A stretch of DNA of 64,000 nucleotides from Xylographa opegraphella (Eukaryota), in the NCBI GenBank assembly GCA_022813865.1, contig JALDZX010000007.1, forward strand, positions 186,001 to 250,000. The letters are read 5' to 3'. Shown piece by piece: positions 36,494 through 48,400 of the stretch. Each line of letters begins with the position of its first letter. The stretch's first letter is position 1. A program made the translations under genes and the position numbers. A model generated the notes under the pieces. It saw only the letters and a list, made by a program, of their open reading frames with translations. It was not told where the DNA came from and ran no database searches.

Positions 36494-39400
36494 TCATTGC
36501 GAAATGCTGCACAACAACTGAACCTGTGACTCGAGCGTGTCATGAACCAGCAACTCTTCCACCTTTACAGCGAAGCCTTCTTCGCGAAGCCTGAGGTGCA
36601 GCTGCACCACCATGATCAGATCACCTCCGAGCTCGAACAGTGAGGTGTCCAAGTTCAGCGACTTTTCGCGCGTGTTGCGCTCGTCACTAAAGAAAATCTC
36701 AAGCCATAACCGTTCGAGTACGAGCCGCGTTTTTGACAGTAATTTCTCGTCTGTGCACTCCCATTCGCCGACCGCGCTACCACAGCTACTGACAGGGGGG
36801 CTGATTTCTGGAAGCGGGATGATAGCTTCGGCGAAGTATGGTGTGGGGAGAGGTTGTTGCGGGCCAGACGAAAATGTTTCAATGGTGGAGCAGAGGAGCT
36901 CTAGGAGCTCGTCGGCGAGGCCAGATGGGATGACTTTGGGAGACCAGATGAGTGTGACTTCCATTTGCTCACCAGCGGGCTTGGAGTGAATGCCAATCAT
37001 GTCGAGCATCTCGAGTTCGGGTGCCACAGACCCTTGCTCGTAGTAGGTGTCCCCGAGCTGAAAGGGTTCATACTCGTCGATGTTCTGGTGCTGTACGATG
37101 GTATTGTAGAAACTGGAAGGCGACCAGTCGGTGCACTGTCGAATGATTTCACGTGAACCGAGGGTTTCGAAAGGTATGTTGTCGAGTTGCTGCTGTTGAA
37201 CTTGCTGGAGAAGATCGATGATCTTTTTGATTGGTTGCAAATTGACCCGTACCGGTACGACGTTGATACAGGGGCCTACAACATCGTCTCCACCAGCATT
37301 TCTTCCAGCTATAGTATGTCCGAATACAACGTCTGAAGAGCCAGAGATTTGGCTCAAGACATAGGCCCAGGCGGATTTAATGACTGTCGCGAAAGTGATC
37401 CCTTCGGAATTTAGAGGTGAGAAGGATATCGTACGGGTGGAGCGAATGACTGGACTGCGTGAACCTGCGACGAGCGAGGATTGTCGGTCCACAATGTCCA
37501 ACATTGCAGACCCAGAAAGAAGTTCGCGCCAATGAGCGTAGCATTCGTCGTTTTGTTGTAGCTTGGTCACGGCGGCAAATTCAGAGAAAGGATGTTGTTC
37601 CACGCTGGGCCGGCCTTCATAAGCTTCCTGGAGCGTTCCAATCAATTGCGGCCACGACAGTCCATCGTATAGTGCATGAGAAATGCGGACAATGATGCGG
37701 TGCTTTAGACTTTCTTTCTTCTTGACGACATAGAATTGGATCAATGGCTCTTCAAGTGTCAGGTCTTGCCGTAAGCCTGCGTGATAGATTTCATCATTCA
37801 CGGTAGCCAAGTCGCGATCAGTCTCGAAATAAGTCAACCTTGGCTGTACTCGCTTCAGGACCACTTGCCAAAACTTGGCCTGATGAAGGATGAAAACCGT
37901 TCGTAGAATCTCGATTCTATTTACCCATTCATTACATGCTTCTCTCAAACGTTCAAGATCCAGCGGGCCCGTACCCTCAAAATAGAAGTAGTTCAACATC
38001 CAGCGAGATTCTGTCATTGATGCAGCAAGTGCAATGTTCTGGATATCATTGGCCTCGAGGACGTTGATGATGTCTTCCATATTGACCTTGGCTCGGGGGG
38101 CAACAACATCTTGCAAGAAAGCTTGAACATTGGGAACGTCCAGTTGCGAAAATGGCTTGGGTAGCGCAACTGAATTACCAGGCTGTTGAACATAAGCTGC
38201 GACGCGAAGAGCAGCATCGGCAAGTCGTGGGTATTTGAACACGTCTGAAACAATCATCAAGAATCCGGCCTCCCTGGCGATGCTGACAAGCTTCATAGCC
38301 ACGATCGAGTCTCCGCCAAGCTGAAAGAAATTGTCGTCCAGTCCAACCGTGTCCGTAGCAATCCGTAAAGCTTGGGCCCATAGTGCTGCTAAAACCTTCT
38401 CCATGTCTGTCACTGGGGTCCGCCGTACACCATTTGCCAACGAATAATGCTCGAGCTGCTCTCTCGTGCCCGCGTCTAGTAGTCCGCGTAGGCCTTTCCT
38501 ATCCAGCTTTCCAGACACAGTGTATGGCATTCCTTCTACCAAGACGAACATAGAGGGAACCATATAGGGTGGAAGACTGGCGGGAAGTGCTGATTGTAAC
38601 TCGATAAGATCACTCTGCAGCATTTCGGACAGCGAAAGAAGAATACTGCCAGACTTGCCCGAACCCAGCTTTCCTTTATCGTACTGGAAGAATGCGGCCA
38701 GGGCTTTCTTTCCTCCCCGTGCAACTTGCTGAATGACCTCGACGGCAACATCTTGCCATTCAGGTCTTCGGCACTTTATCTGGAATTCAACTTCACCCGC
38801 TTCAATCCTTAATCCGTTCATCTTCATTTGCGAATCCCGTCGACCAAGAATTGATATCGTTCCATCCATGTTGTACTTGGCAAGGTCACCAGTTCTGTAT
38901 ACTCGCTGTCCGTGGACAGATCCACCGCACATTTCCAACCATGCAGGACTCTCAATGAATGCAGCAGCAGTTTTTACCTCGTCTCCAAGATAGCCGCGGG
39001 ATATGATCGGGCCTTCGATAAGCAGTTCACCGACGCACCCGATGGGGGTCAGACGGCTTGGATCATCAGATTCAGAGATCCAGAGACGAGAGCCGAGGCT
39101 TCGTCCAATTGTGGCAATATTCGTGCTTGGCGTAAAATTTGGATAGCATGCGCAATTGACGGAGGCTTCCGAGGGGCCATAGACGTTGATAAGGTTGATT
39201 TTGTGCGACCAAGAGGCAACCACTACTTCCGTCATTTTTTCTCCACCACAAGCAACAGCTTTCAGGCTCGGAATATTATCGGGGTTTAAGAGCCCGAGAA
39301 CGGTTGGGGTGAAATGAGCAAACTCGACCTTCATCGCGTCCATTGCACTCCCAAGATCATTCATTCTATCCTCATCAGATGGAATGCAAACAACGCCTCC

Positions 39401-42400
39401 GTGCGCGAGGGTGCCAAAGATTTCCATGATGCAGACATCGAATGTGAAAGCAGCGAATTGGAGGACTCGCAAACCTTGCACGATACCAAATGCTTCCGCC
39501 TGGGCTCTGACGCTCGTACAGATGGCGCGATGCTCAAGAATTGGGAACTTGGGCTTTCCGGTACTACCACTGGTACTGATTAGGTATGCTGGACAACTGG
39601 GATCCACAATCATTGTAGCCAGAGGCTTCAACGGCGGCGGGAAGTAGTTTCCAGGTCCGACAGCTACCACTGCTTGTGGTAGGCTGGCGAACATCCGGGC
39701 ATGTTTCGATGCGGCCACAACAAGATGAGCTGATGCGTCTGATATCTGATCTTCAAGCCGGGTAATAGAATGTGACGGATTGAGAGATAGAAAAGCTCCA
39801 CCGGCCTTTAAGACCGATAGCATGACCGCTGGAACCCATACACACTTATCGAAGCACAAAGCCACGACAACATTGGGTCCTACACCCAGAGTTCTGAGAT
39901 GGATGGCCAACGTATCTGAGAAGGCATCCAGCTGTTTGTAGGTGAATTGTCCATCCCACGAAAGAACTGCATCTGCATCTGGTGTTTTAAGGGCTTGCGC
40001 ATGTATCATATCGTGCATGCATATATTGAGTGTTTCCGGGTATTTCGGATTCCAAATCTTCAATTGATCTCGATCACTAGGTCCAAGCATCTCTATGTCT
40101 TTAAGATCAAGATCGGTAGACTGCTCGTTCAACTGTCGAAGAGTAGTGTCGAAGTGCGAGAGTATCCACATTATCTGCTCTTTAGAAATAACAGAGTCGT
40201 CGTAATGAGCCACTACTTCAATTTGGTTGGGTCCAGGCTCGCATTGGACAATCAATGCGTAATTATGAATATCGTCCTCATTGGTCCGCAAGGCTGTGCT
40301 GTTTGTGTTTGTAACATCAGTTGTTGAAGGCAAGATGATGAGCAAATTCTTGAAGTCGCAAGTGTTTGCCACAGATCCGCCCAAGCGGCGAATGTTTGGT
40401 AGACCCACTGTCTCGAAAGGCTCCATTTGTATTGACTGTTCTTGAACATTCTCTAAGAACTTGACCACGGAGTTGGTTTGCTCTTGCTCGAGAGAAACTT
40501 GAAATGGTACAAGAAATATTGCAGGATCGGCTAGATCTTCCCCAGTGACTTTGAGGCCAAAGAAAACATCCTTCGAATCAGACCAACGTCCAACAACGTG
40601 TGACCATGCACTTCGGACGATAGTAGTGCTAGAGATATTGGATGTCACTTCGTGGACTAATGATACAGTAAGTCGTTCGGTCTCATAAGCTTGTGGCTGA
40701 TATGTTTTCAAAGGTGACTGAGGAAAGCTAGTAGGTGCTGTTCCTGGAAACCGCGATTTCCAGAATATATCAGCTTCTGGTTCGAAACAATTGGTACTTG
40801 TAGGAAGTGTAGGATTAGAATTTGTGGATATCTGTTGGAAATGACTGTGGTCGCGGAGAAGCTTCAAGTCATTGATTGGCGAATCAGAATTCTCGGAGAT
40901 CGACTTGAGTGCCATTCGGAAGGTGTCCATCACGCCAGCAGCCTGCTGAGCAGACATATTCATGTCCCAGTAGATGAGTGTCAGCTCTACTTTTTCAGTA
41001 CCCGCCATCACATTAATAGCAACATCCCACTCAGTAGGATGAACCATTCCGACAATTTCGAGAGAGAGTTTCTGATCACTAGCAGAGGCCGGCACTGTTT
41101 GGAAAGACATTGCAGTGTTGAAGAGCGCGTTTCCGGATATTCCGAGACCACGCTTGATATCCGCCAGAGACGCGTGCTGATGTGGCAAGGCGTTTAAATA
41201 ATCGTTCTGCATTTGCTTGACGATGTCGGTCGGCATTTTCCCGTCCAGGTCAAGACGGCAGACGAGAAGATTGATGAACGGGCCAAGAGTCTCATCTGCA
41301 CCTTCAAGAGGAATGTCACGACCGGAGGTAAGATATCCAAAATTGACATTGTCCAATCCAGTATATGCACGTAGAACAAGGCCCCATGTGGCTTGAAGTA
41401 GATTGGCAAGTGACACCTCATACTTTCGGCAGATTCCTTGGAGGTCGAAGTCCTTTGCAAGATCTATTGTCATGAATTTTGAAATCCGGAGAAGTTCATC
41501 GCCAGATCCTTCAAGAAGAGGTGGAAAGCAGCATGGCGAAACACCCTCAAGATAGGTGTTCCAGTATTCTATTGCAGTGTGATCGGGTCGATCTTGTAAG
41601 TAAGCAATGTATTTACTGTAAAGGGGAGCTCGAGTCTTTGGTAGGCAGCTTTCATAGGCAAGAATGAGCTCATTCTCTAGGAAACCCAGGGCGGCGCCAT
41701 CAGAAAGAGCATGACTGATGTCCACTTGTAAGAACACCCTTCCATTTGTCTCGCACAAAGAAATTTGATGCGGAGGTTGTGAGAGACTTCTCTGCATCGC
41801 AGGCTGATTCTTCAGGAACGCAACAGCATCTGAGCCATTGTACTGGAGATAGTTTACGTCAACCGTGAAGGCTTTCATCACGAGCTGAGCAAAATGGCCA
41901 TCTCCTGTAGCGTTCTGAATAAAGATCGTTCTCAAGATAGGATGGCGATCTACCACTTCTTGCCACGCCGTCCGGAGTAATACTTTGCTGACCGGTCCTT
42001 CTGAGCTTCGTACCTCTGAGACTACACGAATATCGTATGCACCATGATCCTTTGCTTGGCTAAGCAATATACCTTCCTGCATTGGCGAACAGGAATAAAT
42101 ATCTTCAATGTTAGATTCTGGAACACCAATCTCAAGAATGACAAGCTTGATCAGACTTGACAAGCCAGTGTAATCTACTGGCAAAAGAGGGAAGTCGCTC
42201 AGCGTAAAGTGTTTTTGGGCCGAGTTCAACAACTTTACAGCAGGCTGGAAAGACTCTTCGAAATTGCCTATCCAGCGATTGATCTTATCTTGATGATAAC
42301 TGAAGTAGTTGAAGGTGAAAGAGACTTGAAGCTTCCTATCACTCACGACAGCAGCAACATCAAAAAGAGAAAGAAGTCTCATACTGGGACCAATATCTCC

Positions 42401-45400
42401 TGTGACTTCGAGTGGCTCTCTTTGCAGTAGCATATCAATGTTCTTAGGCTGATTGTCTTGGTCCATGTAGCTGAAAATTATTTCCATGGGCTCATTTCCA
42501 CGAGTGCAATTACCAGATAGCTGCCGACGTCCGTCTTTGACATGCCGCACCACATCCAGAAGTGTGTCGTTGATATTTCTCGCAAAATATATCGGGAAGA
42601 AATCCGTTAGTGGACCCACTGTGTTAGTGAGGTTGAATGGCGAGGCGCCTTTCATGCGCTTACGCTCTCTGCTGTAGACTAAGGGTGCTGGACGGTCGAA
42701 AAACACTTCACCGAATGAATGGAGAAGAATAGAGAGAATCAAATCCGCAGGTTCAGTCCGAAGAGCTTCGTTTGAAGATCCTAAGAGTAGGCAAGTTGCT
42801 TCTTCGTTGATCGTGATAGTCGCTTTCGAGAGGTTGCCATGCACCAAAGAAGATTCTGAGAGTCCCCAATAGCTAGACTGGCCAGGGATGTTGCTTGTCA
42901 GTTGGTGCTCCTTTGAGGGCATACGCTGATTCTGTTCCATTTGTAACATGTTCCATGTCTGAAATGATAGGCATTTCGAGATACTCTGATCTTTCATCAA
43001 GGTCTCAAAATCACGAACAATCACAAGCCACGATGCTTGGTCGACAATCAATTGATGTGCCAGAAAAGAGAGCAGCTGCGTTCCATCCTCAAGGTTGAAC
43101 AGATCGGCTTTGAACAAACGTCCAGTCTCGACATCCATGGTAGATTGTTGTTCTAAAATCGTCCGAACCATCTGCCCTCTTGAGACGCCATTATGGATCT
43201 CAAAATGGTAGCTACCAGATATCCGTCGCGGAATGATTTGCATCCTTGTGCCCTCTGTATCTAGAACGAAGCATGCACGTAGGATAGAATGGTGTTCCAC
43301 AATGCGATAAATCGCGTTGGCCACTGCTGAGTTTTCTATTCTTTGAGTGAAATTGAAAAGAAGACTCTCATTGTATTGGTGATCCGACGAGCATGGAAGA
43401 TCCAGTGGTATCACTTTGTCAAAGTAGGTTTTCTGCACTGAAGAGAGGGCGAATAGTACGTCAAAGACTTCTGGTCTTTCGAGCAGTGGTTTCTGGGTCA
43501 GAACAACTTTCTGCGCCAGTTCTGAGAGGCTTTTGCACTGGAGAATATCTTTGACAGTGACATTGATACTGTACTCGGTCTGACATCGGGATGTTACCTG
43601 CATTGCTGTAATTGAATCGCCACCAATGCCGAGAAATGAACGACTAACGCCGATTTGGTCCTTGGGTAGATTGAGTACATCACACCAGACAGTGTGGAGT
43701 ATGCGCTCTGCTTCAGTAGTAGGAACATCGTTCTCATCCGCCGCCACATCCATAATCTCATGATATATCTTATCGCTCATGTTTACGATGTAATTGGATA
43801 TCGGATTTCTGTTGATCTTTCTTGAAGGGGTCAATGGGACGCTATCCATCACCATCCACATGGTCGGTACCATATAAGACGGTAATAGTTCTTCCAGATA
43901 CTGACGGATCTTTGTGAGCAATTCCGCTGCAATAAGCTTCTGTTTCATATCTAGCAAAGTGACTTGAGCGCCTTCACGCATCATAGGCCGGAATTTCTTG
44001 AGGGCCAATGCAGCGACCAAGCGTCCATGACAAGGCCCAGAAATAGGTAGCGTCACCATAGCAGCCTCGACTTCAGAATGCACTCGCAAATGGTGTTCGA
44101 TTTCACCAAGTTCAATACGTTGGCCGTGTAGCTTTACCTGTGCATCCTTGCGTCCGGCAATTAGAATAGCGCCATCCTCAGCATAACGAGCTAAATCACC
44201 GGACTTGTATAGACGACACGGCGCAGGGTCGTCTTTCTGAAGCCAGGGTGGATCGACTATGAACGCGGTTGCTGTTTTCTCAGGCTGGTTCAGGTATCCA
44301 CGGGATAGAATTGGACCATCCAATAGTAATTCACCGACGCAGCCTATCGGAGTGAGTCGATTGTGGTCTGAAATCTCCGTAATCCAGTACCGACAACCAA
44401 CTGCATGCCCGACATTGTTGGGTTCGAGTGTACTGCAAGAAATCGAGCGTGAAGACCACGATGTTGTTTCTGCAGGCCCATAACCATTGTTGTATGTGAC
44501 TGCACCGGACCATTTCTGCTGCAGAGCGCTATTAGCAGGCTCACCTGCCGTAATTAACGTACCGACGGTAGGAACGTCTGCTGGGTTTATCAAGGTGGCG
44601 ACTGTCGGCGTCAGGATAAGTGTATCCACCTTCATAACATTGATAGCCCGGACCAAGTTATTAAGCCTATCATGATCGGAAGGTATACAAACGGTACCAC
44701 CATGCATCAACGTATAGAAGATTTCTGCGTTCGACAAATCGAAGGTATAGTGAGCAAATTGCAGCATGCGCATTCCAGCATTGTATCCAAAATGAGAACC
44801 TTGATGCTTGGCGGCGCTACACATTGCTCCATGTTCCAAGACAATACCTTTAGGCTCCCCAGTGCTCCCAGAGGTAAAAACCACGATCGCAGTATTGTGA
44901 GGTACAATATAAGCTTCGCATCGACTGGCTGTCGTAGAAATAATTGTCTTCTCAATAAAGTGTGAGTCGATAGAAACGACATTCTCATTTCCGCCAAGGA
45001 AAAGATGCCGATAATGAGGCGCAACAAGAACCGTAGGTGACTTAGTATCGTTGAGAAGACTTCTTAGGCGGTTGGCAGGATGTTCTGGATTAAGCATTAC
45101 GCAAGCTCCCCCCGCCTTCAAAACGGCCATCATAACCACAACAGTCCAGACTGATTTGTCAAAGCACATTGGAACGAGAATCTCGGCATGGATTCCCAGA
45201 GTTGCGAAGAAATAATGTGCTAGTCTTTCGGAGTGGTACTCCAACTCACAATAAGTCAGCTGCCCGTCCCAAGCGTCGACAGCTTGAGCGCTCGGAGTCT
45301 TCTGCGCTTGTCGCGATATCACCTCGTGCATCAGGTCGTTTTCAGGTGCGGGCAACAGATTATTCCATTTCTGGACTTGAAGTCGATCACGCTCGGAGAA

Positions 45401-48400
45401 CAGATCGACCTGTTCTAGCGTGGCGGTAGATTCAGTATTCATCTGCTGTAGAGTATGCTCAAAGTGATGCATCATCCGTTCGACCTTTCCACTAGAAATG
45501 ACCTTGCTGTCATAGAATACCATGAGATCAAGCCCATTTGTGCCAATTGTACACTCAACCACTAAAGCATAAGTTTCGACACTCGGCTTCTCAGGGTCAA
45601 CCGGCTCCATGCCTAGAAAATCTGCTCGATCTGTTGTGTTATCCGCTGTTTGGGTAATGAGCACGTTTTTGTAGTCGGTAACCGCTCGAGCGGCAGCGTT
45701 GATGCTTCTGATATTTTGCACTCCAAAGTGCTCAAAAGGTATCATCTCGCTAGCTTGTGTTTGCGTATCCCTCAGAAAGTCTGCAATAGTCTTGCTTTTG
45801 TCTAAGTGCATTCTGATTGGTACAACAGAGATGGTCGGACCAAGCATTGTCTCGATGTCGGGCACTGGCGCGTTTCGTCCAGATAGCGTTTGACCAAAAA
45901 GCACGTCTTCGGCGTTATCCAAATAGCGAGCAAGAACAACAGCCCAAGATGATCTTATCAGTGTAGATGTCGTAATTTCTGTCCCAGACCGACGCGTCAT
46001 TTTCACATTGTGAGTAAGCACGCTGTCAGTCTGAGGTTGATATGTAGCGGAGGGCATTCGTGGGAAGCTTGCCGGCGTCTCACCAGCAGTTTGCGCTTCC
46101 CAATATGCTTCACAGATTTTCCGGTCAGTACTATCAAGGAACTTAATGAATTTGGTATAAGGGACCTCTGGAGTAGCGTCGACGTCCTCCTTGTATACAC
46201 GGGAAATCTCATCAAATAGTAATCGAATCATCCAGCCGTCGTAGCAGGCATGATGAGCTGTCCACACAAAATGTATGTCATCATCTGTTTCTTTACCAAC
46301 GATGGCGTAGCGGAAAAATTCATTACCGAGGACAACGGGAATTTGATCGTCATGTTCGAGGTATTCCTTGAGGCTTGGACTGCTGTGCCAGTAGATTGGT
46401 GCAGGACGTAATACTACCTGGAACAGCTTAGAGGAATCTGTCTGAACAATTCTGGTCCGCAGAAGTGACTGTGCATCAACAACCTTCTGCCAGGAGTTCT
46501 TGAAGCGGTTGATATCAATTGACTTGGGCATTTTATGGACACTGCGTAGCATTGAAGCGCCCTGTAGGCGGGTCGACAGAGTTGCAAGACCTTCCTGGAG
46601 AGGAGCACAAGGATACACGTCTGAAATCAGTTCGGTCGTGACACAGCAATGGTTTGCGATCTCGGTGAGAAATTCATCCAGATAGCAACCCTCCGGCAAA
46701 AGACTTAACGGTTCAATCTTAGAAGTCAAGTCAACTGAGTTGGCTCCGTCAGAGGCGTCAATGACTGCGGCCATCTTCGAAAGCGTTTGAGAGCGGAAAA
46801 TATCGGCAACTGAGATAACTATCCCGGCGTTGCGAGCAGCGGTAGCAAGTTTCATTACAGTGACTGAATCACCACCCAACCGGAAAAAGCTATCGTCAGC
46901 TCCAATTGATCTCACTTTGCTTGGTAGAACCTCAGTCCATATGGCATAAAGTTTGGATTCCGTAGGTGTGGCCGGAGCCCTCTTCTGGCTATCGAGCAAC
47001 ATATAGACGGCCAGTTCATCGTCGGTGAGGGCCTGAAGCGGTCGACGCAACCCCGGCCGGTCAACCTTACCAGTGATTCCGATTGGGATCCTGGAGATTG
47101 GAACGAATATGGACGGTATCATGTATGATGGCAAAATGTGGGCCAGTACCTTTTCCAACGATTCGAGTTTTGCTCGTCTTGCAGAATCGGGCGGGTATAT
47201 GAGGTTCTTTGTGTCGGCTTCTGATAAATCGTCCTCCAGCAGCAAGAACGCTACTAGCGCTTGCCCACTTTCAAGAACGACCGCATCAACGATGACCTGG
47301 ACAAGACCCGTTAAACTCTTCGCGATAGCATGCTCAATCTCTCCCAGCTCGATCCGGAGGCCACGAATCTTCACCTGGTTATCCTTTCGGCCGATGAAGT
47401 TCATTGTACCATCCAGATTATAGCGAACAAGATCCCCAGTTTTGTAGAATGCTTGTGGCTCTTTCGATACTTCAAACTGCTCAAACCAGGCTGGGTTTTC
47501 AATAAATACCGCCTTAGTCTTTTCAGGTTCGTGAAGATAGCCTCGAGCTACTAGACGACCCTCAATGACAAGCTCACCGATAGTGCCCACCGGGGAAAGT
47601 CGATCAGAATGCGTCGGATCGGTGATCCAAAGTCGTGTGCCAACGCCCCGACCCAAGTTAAGTGGATCACTCAGATCTGTAAGAGGCTCTGTTCCCATGG
47701 CACAAATGGTCGTCTCAGTCGGTCCATAAGCAACGAAAACGTCCGAAGCAGCTATCCAAGGCCGTACGTCCTCTATAGAGACCGCTTCCCCTCCCAATAA
47801 GATAGATTTTAGCGTTGGTACATCCGAAGGAGATAGAGTGCTGGCGACTTTTGGGGTCAAGAACGACCAATTGACACACATGCGGTTCATTGCGCCAGCC
47901 AAATCTCTTACACGTTCTTGTTCGGATGGCACGCAAATACACCCACCATGGACAAGTACAGATATCGTATCTGAAATGCTTGCGTCGAAAGCGTATGCTG
48001 CGAACTGTAAGGCCCGCATTGTCGGAGAAAAGTTGAATTTGGCACCGTGTGCTCGAATGCTTGTGATAAGTGAGCCATGCTCGACTACTATTCCCTTGGG
48101 TTTGCCGGTTGAGCCTGAGGTGAACGAGACATATGCTGGTGATGTTGCTTTAACACTTGGAAGAGCTCCATGATATGGTCTGGACGACAGACTTTCCATG
48201 AACAGTTTATCAATGGCGATAACTTTCTCTGCCAACCCCACAAAGAGATGTGCATGTTGAGGCTGAACCAAAACGACAGTCGTACGGCACTCTTCCATTA
48301 TGGTTTGGAGACGAGTCACGGGATGGGCCGGACTCAATCCGACGAATGCACCACCAGCTTTCATTATTGCTAGGACGGTAATTGTTGCCCAGGCAGATTT

